Translations under genes and position numbers: made by a program
Assembly (NCBI RefSeq): GCF_036321535.1
Contig: NC_087437.1
Location: forward strand, 22,632,001-22,696,000
Source: Camelus dromedarius
Taxonomy: Eukaryota
Direction: 5' to 3'
Length of the DNA: 64,000 bases
The notes under the pieces: model-generated
Told to the model about the DNA's origin: nothing
What the model saw: only the letters and a program-made list of their open reading frames with translations
Databases searched by the model: none
Shown here: positions 39,860 through 53,150 of the stretch, piece after piece
Position numbering within the stretch: the stretch's first letter is position 1
Layout: each line of letters starts with the position of its first letter

Positions 39860-40660
39860 ATGAGGATAAAATGTTGTATAAGATTAACACAGTCCTGCCT
39901 CAAGGAAATTGCATTTCAGTTGAAAAGAAAGAAAATAAATACAGGAAATCACTCTGGACATTTATACTTGACACCTGAGCAGAGACTGGATGAAAAGAGG
40001 AACTAAGATACAACAAAAGAATAGCAAAAGCAAAGGCCCTGAGGCAGGAATAAGATCAGGGTTTCCAGGAAGAGAAAGAAGGCCAGTGTAGATGGAGAAA
40101 GATGAACATAAGCAACTATCAAAAGATAGGCAGGGGTAAACCATGTCCCTGGTAGGCCATGGCAAGTAAATAGAATCTTATTCTCAATATGGTAAGAAAT
40201 GAGAGAGTTTTAGGCAGAGAAGACAGAGATTTCCTGCATGGAGAAGGGATGTGGGGGAACAAGAATGGCAGCAGGGGACTAGTTTGCTGGCTATTACTGT
40301 GGTTCAGGCAAGAGATGATGGTAGCTTGAACTCACAGTGAGGTGGAGGAGGTGTTAGGGAAGAGAGGGCAGTGGTCCATTCATTCAAATATTTATTGAGT
40401 GCTTCTTGAGTGTCTGATGGTTTCCTAGGTTCGCCTTTTTCTCCTCTTGGACCTTTATCCTTAGCACTTCAATCATATCCATCTTACAGCACTTAACACA
40501 CTGTAGTTTCATTTTCTTAATTGTTTGTTTCTGTGTCTCTCTAGCAAGCTAAATTGTGAGCTCTTGAAGGACATGTATGGGATATAATTTATCTTTCTAT
40601 TTCCAAAGCCCAGTGCCTGGCATCTAGCAGTGTCTCAATAAATAAATAAAATGTTGAATT
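39860..40660. mobile_element. L2 fragments
   Basis: agcaaaggccctgaggcaggaa, caggcaagagatgatggtagcttgaact (-); cccagtgcctggcatctagcagtgtctcaataaat (+). Confidence 0.6.
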
Positions 40661-41083
40661 GAATTCAAGACTCCTATCTCAAATTATCAAGAATAAAGCT
40701 TGTCATTAGGCCTTGCCTATCTGAGTACGTTCACCATTTTTTTAAGCGCTCAAATAATTTCTTTCCAGCATGATGTGGCTTGCCACCTGCCCATTCCAAA
40801 TAAAAATAGTGCTGATTAATGCAAACAAAATTAGAAAACAGTTGGCTAGAAATCCTTGCATTCTCAGTCATCTGTGATCAGTTTTCCACCCTAAGTATAA
40901 AAAAGATGACCAAATAGAAAATTGTTGTCATCACTGATGATGGTCTTGATAGCATCCAAGATGAAAATATTTATCTCTTTAAACCATGTGACAAATCTAA
41001 TTGCTTTTCCCCTTTAAAGTAATATTTTAAAAAATCCTTTTTGACCAAATATTATAACTTGAACCACCAGACAAAGACAATGC

Positions 41084-41587
41084 TGTGGGAGGCTGAACAA
41101 TGGGCCCAGAAAATATCAGGTCCTAGTTACCAGAACCTGTAAACATTACCTTATATGGACACAGGAACTTTGTGGGTGTAATTAAGTTAAAAATCTTGAT
41201 GTAGGGAGATTACCCTGGATTATTCAAGTGGGCTCTTAATGCAATTACATATATCCTTATAAGACAGAGGAAGAGAGAGAGTTGAACACACAGAGAAAAG
41301 GAGATATAAAGATGGAGCAGAGAGATTTAAATATGCTGGCCTTAAATACTGGAGTGATGCAACCACCAGCCAAAGAATGCCAGCGGCCACCAGAAGCTGA
41401 AGGAAGCAAAGAATCAATTTCCCCTAGAACTTCTAGAGGAAAAGCAGCCCTGCTGAGATCTTGATTTTAGCCCAGTGAAACTGATTTCACAATTTGACCT
41501 GCAGAACTTTGAGACAATACATTTCTGCTGTTTCATGCTTCCAAATTGGTGATAATTTGTAGAGCAGCCATAGGAAACCAACACAAC
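41084..41587 (+). mobile_element. MLT1D-like MaLR solo LTR
   Basis: tgtgggaggctgaacaatgg...gggagattaccctggattat...gcagccataggaaaccaacaca; aatgc duplicated at both flanks. Confidence 0.85.
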
Positions 41588-42069
41588 AATGCTATGCTTT
41601 AAGTTATTATTTTTTTTAAAGAATTCTCCTTGGGGATCTGGTCTGCTTTCTGTCCCCTGTAGCTTCCTACTGCACCTCTCAGCTCACTGGACAGGCAGCA
41701 CTGTTCCCAGACCTGGAGAAATGACCACGTGTCCAAGGTCCTGTGCTCTAGACACACAACTATCGACCTTGTCCAGAGGACCCCCCCCTCCTCAGGGTGA
41801 GAGTTTGTAGAACAAGGAGATGTGGCCACCTTGAACCCACAGCCCTCCTAGATCACACTCTGGTATCTGAGACTCCGGGATCCCCTACCATTAAATGGTG
41901 CCACGCTTGCTCCTGGGATTCTGTGGGCCCCTTTCCTAAGTCTGAGATGGAGCCAGAGTGGGCTGGCAACCAGGAATCAGAGACACACTCTCACTGCCCC
42001 TACATTCTGGCATTGAACTTGGTGTCTTGAGAATTCCAAATTGGAACTAACCTTCCAGGTTAGTTAATG

Positions 42070-42226
42070 ATAAAGGTATATTTGTCAAGGTAGAAGTATG
42101 AACATATTTATTTAGCAGTCTGTTGGCTTGACTTTTAATTTTAAATATTTAGGCAAAAGATACATGAGTATCCATCTGTGCTTTTATCCTGGGACCCACA
42201 AATGTTACAGACCCAGAAATAGGTCT
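42070..42226 (-). mobile_element. MER96B-like hAT-Tip100 fragment
   Basis: gaacatatttatttagcagtctgttggcttgac...aaatatttagg...cctgggacccacaaatgtta. Confidence 0.5.
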
Positions 42227-42499
42227 GGGCTTACTGCGCTGACATCATGTGACTTCCTCTGCCTTGCCCAAGTCTGAGTGTCTGATAGCTAGTTTAAAGA
42301 GCATTCCACATTCCTGATCTTCTTCATCAGAGTTCTTGTACAAGTTCCTGGCACATTACTATAACCAACGAGGGGAGGATCCAATAACCAAAAGAACTGG
42401 GGCTTAGGAATCAGACTTTGCATCAAATCTGTGCCCCATGACTAATGGCACATTCTTTAAGTTCATGGAGCCTCAATTGCCTGTCACCTGCCCCACTGC

Positions 42500-43440
42500 A
42501 GTGACCTCAGTGTCTCTATTCTTATCCCCCACAATCCATTTCTCATCCAGTGGCTTGAGTGATATTTTTAAAGAGAAAATCAGATAATCATGTCACTGGC
42601 AAAGACTCTCTCCTTGATCAAACTTTAGTCAGGCTCCTGCTCTTTTCTGACTAGGTCCAGCTTTAGGACTTTGTCCTCAAGAGCAAGTATCATTGTAAGT
42701 CAATTTTTGGAGAAGCCTTCACCCTTGATATCTGATCATGCTGGCCTAGCTTCAATAGGAAGTCTGCTGAGTTAGTTTAGCAGAACCCCACCCCTCTTAG
42801 CTTTAATGTTGCCTCATAATTTTTTTATCCATGGCCCCTGACCCTGCTTATTGGCTAAATCCCCTCTTGCTTTTGTATTCAGAATTGAGCCCAGTTTTAT
42901 GTGAGGTCTCCTTCCCCCTCCTGCAATAGTTACTGATTGAAATCAGTTTTGATCATGTTCACTGCTGCATAGCTTGCGTTTTTCTTTGACATCAGTCCTC
43001 TGCAGAAAACTACCCAAGTACTTCCCATCACACTTAGAAGAGCCAAACTCTCCACTAGAGCCCACAGCGTGGCTCCTCTTCCTCTGACTTCCTATCCTCT
43101 CTGCTATCTCCTTGCTCACCTTTCTCTAGACCAACCTTCCTTCCTTTTGTTCCTTGAAGATGCTCTGTTCATTTCCACTTCAGGTCCTTTGTATCTGCCT
43201 GAAATGTTCTGCCCTCACATCACCTCAGGAATGGACCCCTTCCTCCAAGTACCTCTAAGCTCAACTATCACTTCCTGATGTCCCACTCCCAGCTTATTCA
43301 CTTGTTTGTTTCCTTATTGACTGTGTTTCTCCTAGTGGAGTGGAAGCCCCATGTGGGCAGGGGGATTCACTGACTGGTTCCCTGCTATGTTCTTAGTGCC
43401 GAGCATGGTGCTGGCTCTATAACTTACTCCTGAATGAATA
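42500..43440 (+). mobile_element. L2 fragment interrupted by a MER31-like LTR
   Basis: aaaatcagataatcatgtcac|tcctctgcagaaaac...cttcccatcacacttagaa is continuous L2 once the LTR is removed. Confidence 0.65.
42597..42991 (+). mobile_element. MER31-like ERV1 solo LTR
   Basis: tggcaaagactctctccttgatcaaactttagtcaggctcct...ttttctttgaca; 4-bp TSD tcac/tcag. Confidence 0.75.
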
Positions 43441-46400
43441 CTCGTCAAAGGCTTGCTCTGAGGGGTTAATGAGTCCATCATTCACCTCACATGAGATTTT
43501 TAATAAATGCTGGTCTTCTTTGCCCCGTTCCCTTTGACAAAATATGTGATTCATGATCCTCTCGGCTCACTGCCTCTTGCTTCACGAATGTTCACGCTTT
43601 ATCTGGCACCACAGTGCTTCTCTTTCCCATCATAAACAGAAAGAATTATCCCTCCTATGAAGCTTTCTGAGACTTGATTATTTTACTCTTGCTGCTTTTT
43701 ATTTTGCTGCCTTGATAACAGAGAGGACCTATCTCACGGGAGATTCCTATTCTTCCTTCAGGCCTAAGCACAAGTATTTCCAGAACTTGTCTCATGGAAC
43801 AGTGATAGCTTGTATACTATTCTGTCTTTTTCCATCAACCACAAGCTGCCTGAAAGCGAGGGTCACATCTTATCATTCATTTTGTTCCTGCAAGTGAGAA
43901 GCAATCCAATAAGCCTAATAAATATGTATGTTGATTATATACATTTAATACATATAAAATCTAAGAACAGCTTTCTTGCTGATTGCGTTCATTTTTTCAT
44001 TCAAGTACAGCCGTGTAAGAGATGCAGGGCCACGTATGCCTACACATATTTTTAAGATGTCTTTGTTTATTTACTTACTTGCTTGCTTTTTACCACTATC
44101 CTCCTGCCCAAACACACACACATGCACACTTACATACACAGTCTTCAAAAAAAAAAAAAGAGATTTTAGAAGACTTAAAGGGGTAATGTAAAATATGAAA
44201 GATTTATTTCAACTATATAAAATAGTTGAAATAGGGGTAAAAAAGGTATTTAAAAAAAAAGATGGTACTAACTAAAGACAGGAATAAAACTAAAATTGCA
44301 GTCCAAAAAAAAACTCAAACATAATAAAGATGTGAGTAACAGCATTATATGAGGAAGTGAATAATAAAAGTGTCATTTTTTTCACAGAAAATAGTTAAAT
44401 ATGGCATATATATTTTTTAACTGAACTTATTTTTTTAAATCTTGATTTCTTTTAGACTTTCATTTATTTCATGGATGCAAATACAGACTATTAAAATTTT
44501 TTAAGCATTTTATGACTATAAATATTGTGAACACATGGTTTTACTTATTTGCTTGTTATCTTAAATTGATATTCATAAATATTGCATAAATCTCTTTGCC
44601 CTATTGGAGGCATTGAAACTGCTGGGATGTAAAAACAGATAGATATGGTGTCATTCTTTATCATACACAAATGAGACATTTTCTTCCTCTACTCTTTTTT
44701 TTTTCCTCTACTCTTTTTTTTTTCTTCCTTTTAGAAAACTGTATCCATAGATAAGTTAAGAAGAAAATTAACTATAATTTCAATTTCAAAAACACTATAG
44801 GAATTTGAAAGTCACAACCCACAGCAAAATGCTACAGCATCAAAGAGCTAGGCTAAGAATTCCAGATCTGGAGACTTGGCTGGAATTCCTTTTCTCCCAC
44901 TAGGAAAACATTCTTTGATGCTGAAGATTAAGCATGCTACTTTATGGGACAAATGTTAAATGCTCTCTACTTCATTCAAAAGTATAAAGCAAATCATTCA
45001 TAAGGTTCAATACTTTATCAGTAGCCTAATATTTGTGGAGGAGAATGACTAGTTGGATAATACTTTTGATCATTAGGCCTTGATTTCAAGGCCTAAGTGG
45101 CTCAATAGTTGAGTTGATTCTTATAATTCTCAGATAGCTAAGATTACCCTTGAACATCCCTTAATTGGTCCATGAGGTACAACTATCCTGATTTTAAGAA
45201 CATATTTCTGTACAGTAATCCTTGAGCATATCACTGAAGTTTGAGAACTACTGGCCACACTAAAATAAGGAACAAAAGGAAGATCTACTTGCAGATGCTT
45301 AAGCATCTAAATTACTCTGCCTCTCAGATATGATTGAACCCTGGCAGTGAGTAGGGGGAGAAATGTAAATTATGCAGGCTCCCCTACAGGTGGTACTCCA
45401 TTTTTCGGTAAGATTAAGCCTCCATGGTCTTAATATTTGTTAGTAGATTTATCACTGTAAGGATATAAATTTGTAGCAGCAGAAAGAAAGAGAGAGACTC
45501 TCAAGTCAGCTTCTTGGTTAAATGCATGATACTGTATTGTCTGGCTATTGCAGTTTAAAATGGCTCTAAATTCAAACAGAAGACAATTAATGCATCAAAG
45601 AGGTCTGTCTTACAATCCTATCTTCAGTTATAATCATTCATCTTGAACTTTGTTCTAACTTTCAGTTGAGCCTTTAATGGCTTTAGTAAATGACAATGCT
45701 TTTGAATTTTCACCGACATTTTCTATTTTCACAAGCTTCACATTGCTTCAAAGGGCCCCAACCTTGGTGGCATATTTTTTGTAATACCTGTAATCAGTGC
45801 CTTCACCCAGGTCCTAAGTAAAGCTAACAAATAATTATCCTTCACAATAGAGCTAAAAACAGGAGTCTAATTAATTAAAGCACTAATTGAACTTCCCCAT
45901 TACTGATACATTAGTTCCTGCTCTGACATAAACATTAATCAAAGTCATTGAATAATTCAGCTCTCCACTTCCCCCACCTGTGTAGATGAATCTACCCGCT
46001 ACCTGTAATGACAACATAGAAGAAAACGTTTCATAATGCTGCCTGGTAATGTCTCTGTTAAGTACCAATAATGCATAACTGTTCTATTGCAAAGCAGGAA
46101 GTAGGTACAGGGTAAAAGCAAAATGTATTCAAATATAATATATATAATAAAAATATTTTTTTAATTTAATTTAATTTAAATTATAAAAGTATATTTATAT
46201 CATATAAGATATATTTATATGTTTCCACTTTAAAAAAATAAATCCATGGAGGAAAGAGTCTTTTAAGGAAATAGTTTAAAGTATTTCACAAAACGTTTGC
46301 ATTTTAATGAAGTGGGCCATTTAGATTGCAACTGTACAGGGACAGTGGATTTCCTTTAATTAAGTAATTAGATAAATATTTATATTTTTTTCTGTGTTGA

Positions 46401-46654
46401 AATTCAGGCTTCCTGTTGTGTCTAAATGTTAGGTCTCTACTCTCCAGCTTGCAGAACCAGGGCTGCTGGAGAAGATGCACATTAGATAAGAAGTCATTAT
46501 GGACTGTTCTGGTTTTGAAGCCAGGCTAACTGGGACCCCAGTTTGGCATTGCAGGGTGACTGGAGGTTACTGTTCTTACCACTGTTCAGTCAGGTTCCTG
46601 CTATGTGGACAAGAGGATGCACACACTTGAAGGGCATCTTTCTAAGCACCTACC

Positions 46655-47028
46655 ACCTTAAAATCACTGGTAGAATGCTCCCAGCAGGCCCACCTAGTGG
46701 TCTAACATGGGGAATGTAGTAGATGATATGATGCATGGCCTCATCTCCCTTCAGGTACGTAGGGTTTACTCCCCTGCTGCTGTCAGCCTCCCTGTAGGGA
46801 TTGCCTTGACTGAAGAGATCCATCTTGTTCAGGAGCATCCTCCTTCCAGGGGCAGCCTGCATCCAATGAGATGAAGAGGACAAAGGCCTTGGCACTGTGT
46901 TGTCACTCAACTTCTCCCCCTGCCCCAGGCTACCTGCTTCCACAGGCCTGTATCATAAGAATGCTCCCTAATCTCTGCACACTAACCTCTGCTTCATAGA
47001 TGGCTTCCGAAGGAGCTGGCCTGTGACA
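46655..47028 (+). mobile_element. LTR16-like ERVL solo LTR
   Basis: gactgaagagatccatc...ccttccaggggcagcctgcatccaatga...ctgcacactaacctctgc...cctgtgaca. Confidence 0.65.
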
Positions 47029-50000
47029 GAGATGACACAAAGTTCCCTTCCACACAAGTAAATGGTATGACGCTGATCAAAGTCAGAGTAACGAGGTGGA
47101 TATGACATCAACAAGCAGATGCTGAAAGGATGTGTAACAAAGTGGCTGAAGGTACAGGAAAGAAGTAGGCCACACTGAAGACTAAAACAGAGTAGGTAAT
47201 GTTTTCCTTTCTCCTCAAACTGAGTTGAGTCAAGTCAAGTGGATTCTGGTCCATGAGCCTGGGTCATCCTCAGTGAGTTCGACTACTGAAAAATCTTTTC
47301 GCACCAACGTGGCCTCTGTTGAGAGGAAAGGACAACTAGGTTTGGGAGGGGAAGCGATTCCTCCATCCACAGTCTTTTTAATCACCTCACAGACGCTCAT
47401 CAGACTCTCCAGAAACAGCTTCAGAGTTACTTCAAAGAAGCCTTACTTCAAAGTGATGTTCAGAGATTTTAAAATAAACTCCAGAGTTCTCAGAAATCTC
47501 CTCAGCGGCACAGCAGAGTGGGCGCCACTCCTGCCTTTATCATGGAAGGGAAATGGCAGTCCAGGGATCTGTCTCATTAGCAGAGAGAACAGCAGCCCAT
47601 CTTTAGCATGCTTGTGTGGAAACAAACCAGTCACAGAATTCTAGCAGAATCTGGCCACCAACCTGTTCTGAATTCTCCTTTTTATCATCTTTGCCACAGG
47701 TGGTCTACTGGGTCTCCGGATGAGACTATGAGTTTTCGACACCACGAGCTGATGAAACTGAGACATGATTTAACACAAGAGACCTTCACTGGGCTTTGCT
47801 GGACAACGTGCAAAGGAAAGCCATCGTAGCTGCCAGCATAGGCCTACCTACCTGGGAGGAATAGGGGTGGGTGTGGGGAGAAAGGCAGAAGGTTAGAGGT
47901 AAGAGCATGGTGGCAATTTCAAAGAAGAGTAAGTGCAGACCTAATGCTTGGTGATGCCTTTGTCCCCAAAAGCCATCTCAGGGCTGGCTGTCTGCACACA
48001 GCCATATCTCATGAAAGGGCACCAGGAGAGCGGTGTGAAAAGGTTCCTTTTTTTTTTTTTTTTTTAAGTTATCTGTTAGATGCCCTGAAAAGAGCTTTTT
48101 GTGTTGAGCTTAAGGCAGCTCAGTTTAACTAGCAGTAGGCAGAGCATTGTTAAAGTGGATAAAAATGGGAGATAAGCTTTGCTCCCACAATCTGCTTCCA
48201 ACGGATATGGAAAAGAAAAGAAATGTCTCCTTGGAGGCACATTGTTGCTGCACTTCTTGCGCTTAAAGGCCTTCCTCTGGAATTAATATTTACCTCCAAT
48301 TATAGTTTCCTGGGGTAAGGAGTCCCCACCGATGATCCTGTTCTGAAAAGCTTTGATTTGTTGAAGGGGTAGGCAAATCCACTCACTTCTGCAGCCCCTC
48401 ACAGAAAGCAACCAATGAAAAGATTAAAATCAGAGCCAGAGGAATGTTTTATTTACATTTCTTTGAAGTTCATTCCTTCTCTTTCCTCACTCCCTCGAGC
48501 AGAATGGCTCCAAGAAGTTTTGCTCTGCTTTTAGAAAGCTCACATCTGCCCCTAGGCTGTAGTTTTGCCTTGTATTTTGCCGCATTTGAAAGGCTTTTCT
48601 GCCTCCTTGAAATTAGATTTTGGCCTATGTGAAAAAAAAGGTGTAGATGTATCACTTTGCTCACTCTGCATGCATGCAAGTTGGGGGGTGGCAGGCTAGC
48701 TGAATTTTACGGAGATACCAAACACTGATTGAAAGCTCTGCTTTTTTCCCTCTCCAACTTCTGTTAATTGCAGCCACACGGAGATCCAGTCCCTTCTTTG
48801 AATGGTTGGGGAAACAAGGTGGAATTTTCCCTCCAAAAAAAGAAAGAAAAGGAAGCCAGTGGAGGCCATGCCCTGGGCCTGATGTAACACTGGCCTTTGT
48901 TCTTTCCTGGTGCCCCTCAGGGCCCTCGTGGGTTATCACAGTTGAGTTTCAAACTGGCGACCACTGACAGCAACCTTAGAGGATTTCCAGGAATGATGCT
49001 GTCCTTCACTGCAGCAGCCCCTAGAGCTTTTTGAGTCCCAGTGGCCCCTCATGCAGATGGATGTGACTGAGACACGCCCTCACCGTAGATGGACGTGTAG
49101 CTGGAGGGGACTTAGTCCTCTCAGGCCTCCAGCCTTGGTGATCCCCAGCCTTGTCAGGATCACTTGCATACCAGCGATGCCCAGAAGGGTGTGTAATAAT
49201 AATAGATAAGAAAATGTCTTGAAATTTATTTCTAATTTTTTAAGTGGAGAGAGGAAGGGAAAAATGTTATCAAAGAGGGAAGATTTTTGATAAAGAGAAA
49301 AATGAAATAAAAAACCAGAGTTTGCTTGCCGACAGGAAACAGACCAACGTATGTGCTGAATCTTCCCCTGTAATCAGGCATGTCTGGATGTTTCAGAAGT
49401 TCTCTTTCTTTCCTAGAAGCCATGAGAAGGGCTTAAAGCCCAACCATCCTCCACAGTTTTGCATAGGCCTTTCAGAGATCACATGGGGAAGACTCTTGAG
49501 ACAAAGGTATGGAAAAGAGACAACCAGCTGTCAGGATTAGCCCACCTTCCGCAATAGTGGAAAAGTGAGACTAAAAAGAAAATAGAAAATATAGAAAGAC
49601 GTAACCACTGAGGTGATAAAATAAGGGAAAGTGTTCTTGCACCCAGTCTCTATCTCTCAGTAAAATTTAGGTCCAATATGGTAACCCCAGCATCAGGCTA
49701 TGATGCTTTGGGACTTTTTCCTGCTCTTATCCCTCTGAACAGGAGTAAGGTCTATGGCCAGGAAGCTCCTGCCAATGAATATTTTCCATTCTTCCTTTAT
49801 CAGGGTTTTCCTTTTCAGGCTCCCAACAAGATTATTTTGCCAGGGGAGTGTTTTCTTGTGTGTGAATGGTTTGGGGGATTGTTTGTTCTGAAAAGCATCT
49901 GCAGACAATAATTGGGAAATGTGTTAAGCCTGCCATCAATTTGCTTTATTGACGTGGAAGCCTCAGTGGGTCCCTGAACAGAATAGACTTTTCCCCATGT

Positions 50001-51219
50001 GAGCAAGCGACTGAAAAGGCTGAGCCACCGAAAAGGACGAGTCAGACAGAGGCAGGCACCTCCAGGAAAGGAAAGTGACAAGGGGAAAACAGAGGGGTGG
50101 AAACTGAGCCAGAAGTCCTGAGACAAAGCCGGGGCTGAAAACAAAAGCTTCTCGAGGTGTTCAAAAGGAAAGCTGATTATCACAGAAGCTCCTCCAAAAA
50201 AAGGAATTTTCAGGGATTAAGACAAGGGTGGGTGGTGAGGAGAGATGAGAAAATATGTGTATCAAAAGAACTTCATCTGGGTGGCATGGTTCCTTGTCTG
50301 TTAAGCTGTTTAGTTTTTACAAAAGCATCCTCCCCCCATTACAACATAGCATTTAGTTCTGCCATGGAGAAATTTAAAGTCTCCTGACTTGGTTTATGGC
50401 ACCTGGACAAATGGTAATTAGCCTGTAATTCCCTTGAGGGGAACTGGTGTTTCAACAAATTATAAGAGCTCAGCTTGAGTGGTTTATAGCACCATCAAAA
50501 ACTTGCTATGGGCATATAATCTTATAATCACAACTTGCTAGTGAATGGGTATTTGCACAATGGGTGATTTAGGAGCTTCCAGCCCTTCTGGAAAGCACTA
50601 GGGCTGGTGGGCTCTCTCCAGCTGCCCCTAAGCCACCCTTGAATGGAACTGAAGGCACTTCCCCTCTCAGTAGGTTGCCAAGGCTCACTGTCTTGGCTTC
50701 TCAAGATGAACACATTTGGATCCACACTGGTATGCACACCTATAAGATTTGTTGATTGCCCCAAAATAGTGATCCTCGAAATGACCACAAGTGTGTTCTC
50801 AAGTGTTTAACATGTTCACAGGCATTTCAGAGCAAGGAGGAATTTTACAGATTACATCCAAGGACTCAGGGAAAGAGGGAGTGCCTAAATCAGTATGCAA
50901 CCATGGTAATTTAATATTAAAATTTATAAGATCTGTTTTGAAAATATGTTGGAGCCCCGTTAGAAGCAATAGGGTTCAAGACATTCAAGAAATACTTACT
51001 GTGAGGCTCCTATGTGGCCACATAGAAGTGTCCTGTTAAACAGTTACGTGGAAGATAGAAATAAGGCAGAATTGCTGAAAAGCACTAGAAAAATCCTAAT
51101 TTATTATTTATCTAACTTATTTATCATATATACTCCTCTGACTTCCAAAAATAGTTTGAAGTCACTTAGAATATAATGTCATAATATATATTATGCCAAA
51201 ATATATTATGTATATGCAA

Positions 51220-51271
51220 ATATGCACGTGCATGTGTGTGTGTGTGCACGTGTGTGTGCGTATGTGTGTGT
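51220..51271. repeat. alternating purine-pyrimidine (TG-rich) microsatellite
   Basis: 52 bp of uninterrupted RY alternation. Confidence 0.9.
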
Positions 51272-52957
51272 CTGTAATTTTTAAAATGTAACAAAGGGAA
51301 GAGAATTGTGTCAGATATCAAGAAATAAGTTAAAGAAATTTGGCTCTATACTTCTCTTTGAGCCTCACAGAAGAAAAGAAATTTAAAAAAAAGAAAAGAA
51401 AAGAAAAGATGATGGACACCATATAACCTTAGGGAAACTAAGGTTCCAGTAAAAAACTTGCTCAATGGCACATCCTAGGTGACGCAGTGGTGGCTCCAGA
51501 GATCCAGTCTCTAAAACACCATGGTCGGTAAATCACCATTTTTCACTAATCAGGTCCTCTTCCTCCTCTCTGCACCCAAACAACATCAAACAAATCACTT
51601 TTCATCTATCTCACACTCTCATAAAGAGAAGATATCTAGAGGCCTTTCTGTGCCTGTGGTCATAAAACATGAAGGCCACAATCCCATAATTACACCTCAA
51701 GATTCAGGTGGGGAAAGCTCTTCTTCACAGAACAGTGGCAGTACCCAGGCCTTATAAATCCTTGGAATAAACCAATTAAAGCCATTGACTCACCAGACAA
51801 GGGCTTTAGCATGAAAAGAGAGTTATTGCTGCCATTTCCATACACTATCTCGTTCTCGTACCATATTTTCAGTGTGCTTTTTAAAAAATATCTGTGCCCC
51901 AAATTGCTTGAGAAACTTTAACACAAACATTCATTTGCTTTGTAATCATTGCCCTATATATGTAAAGTATCCAGAGATTTTCAGAGGTGCTTATTTTCAA
52001 AAGCATTCATTGGTCCTCCACACTTTTGAACATCAGAAACCAGGGCATTCTGGGGAGAGTGTTGGTTTGTTGAATGGATAATCCATTTTTGTAGCAATAA
52101 ATAGAGACAGACTGAAAATAATTAGAAATAGCCACAGTATAAGAATTTGTGTAATAAAATATTTTTAGACTTCAATATTAGCTTCATTATTAGCTTTGTT
52201 TGGTGAGGTCTGACTCACCAAACAAAGATGTCTACTTCTGTTAACTGGGCAAGAGAATTCTATAATCTATTCTTTGGTTTATCCAAGGAGGCACAGAGTT
52301 AAATTAAATATCTGACTGAAGGAACAAATTAATCCTGGTAGTTCTAGTCCTTTTAATTGATCTCTTAAATGGTTCTGTTTCTATTTTTAATTATCCTGTT
52401 ACGGTAAGCTGCCTCAAAGTCTTTTTTAAAAGATCTAAGTCATATATAAACAAATGTAATAAAATAAAAATGTTTTCCACAGGGGCTTAAGTAAAATGTA
52501 TGATGAACAAATAGATCCCTATCAGGGCCCAGGAGAAATGAGAAAATAAGGCTCCTTGTGATATCCCAGAAACTGTCCCCCGGAGCAATGTCAGACACAG
52601 TCCACAGGGCCAAACAGTCCACAGATGCTGGAGAAACCAAACCAGTAACAGGGAGAACTCAGGGTTCACTTTTGTTTTGAATAATATAGATTTGAGACAT
52701 CTAAACCAAAAATCACCAGGCAAACGTAAATGCCTTCAAGTTCCAAGTGGGTGGTATAAATGAATAAGAATGAAGTGGTGAAAAACCAGGGAAGGGGTGG
52801 CTCATGGGGAAATGGAGTATGTGCCTGCCCATCATTCAAATTTATATTTTTTTCAAACATGCTTTAACTCAGACAAAACACATCTGTCGACCACAGTTAT
52901 TGGCTCAGTAGCTATACTGAGACCTCTGGTCTAAAGAATCAATATATTTCACTCCAC

Positions 52958-53150
52958 TAAAGTTTCTCAACAGTGGAACTACTGGCACTTGGAGTGGAAC
53001 AAGTTTTCACTGTGCAGGACGTGCAGGACTTTGCCGTGCATTCCAAGTCTATGAACATTCGGGTCTCAAAGGAACCAAAAGCTATAACACCATTCAGACA
53101 ACTAACAAATTTCAAATATGTGTTTCCCACCCCCCCGAGGTAAGAACCAT
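52958..53150. mobile_element. MER20-like hAT-Charlie fossil
   Basis: gtttctcaacagtggaactactggcacttgg...gtaagaacca termini. Confidence 0.45.

Noticed and set aside
44684..44725. Short tandem duplications (also at ~1905, ~13105, ~47427, ~53012) considered as a possible repeat array
   Set aside because: Isolated two-copy slippage duplications with no regular repeat-spacer structure; not CRISPR-like.
47225..47644. 139-aa + strand ORF in unique sequence
   Set aside because: Non-ATG start, no recognisable domain, no convincing splice context; length is compatible with chance.
51425..51445. Hairpin aaccttag-ggaaa-ctaaggtt
   Set aside because: An 8-bp stem is within chance expectation; not a terminator in a mammalian context.
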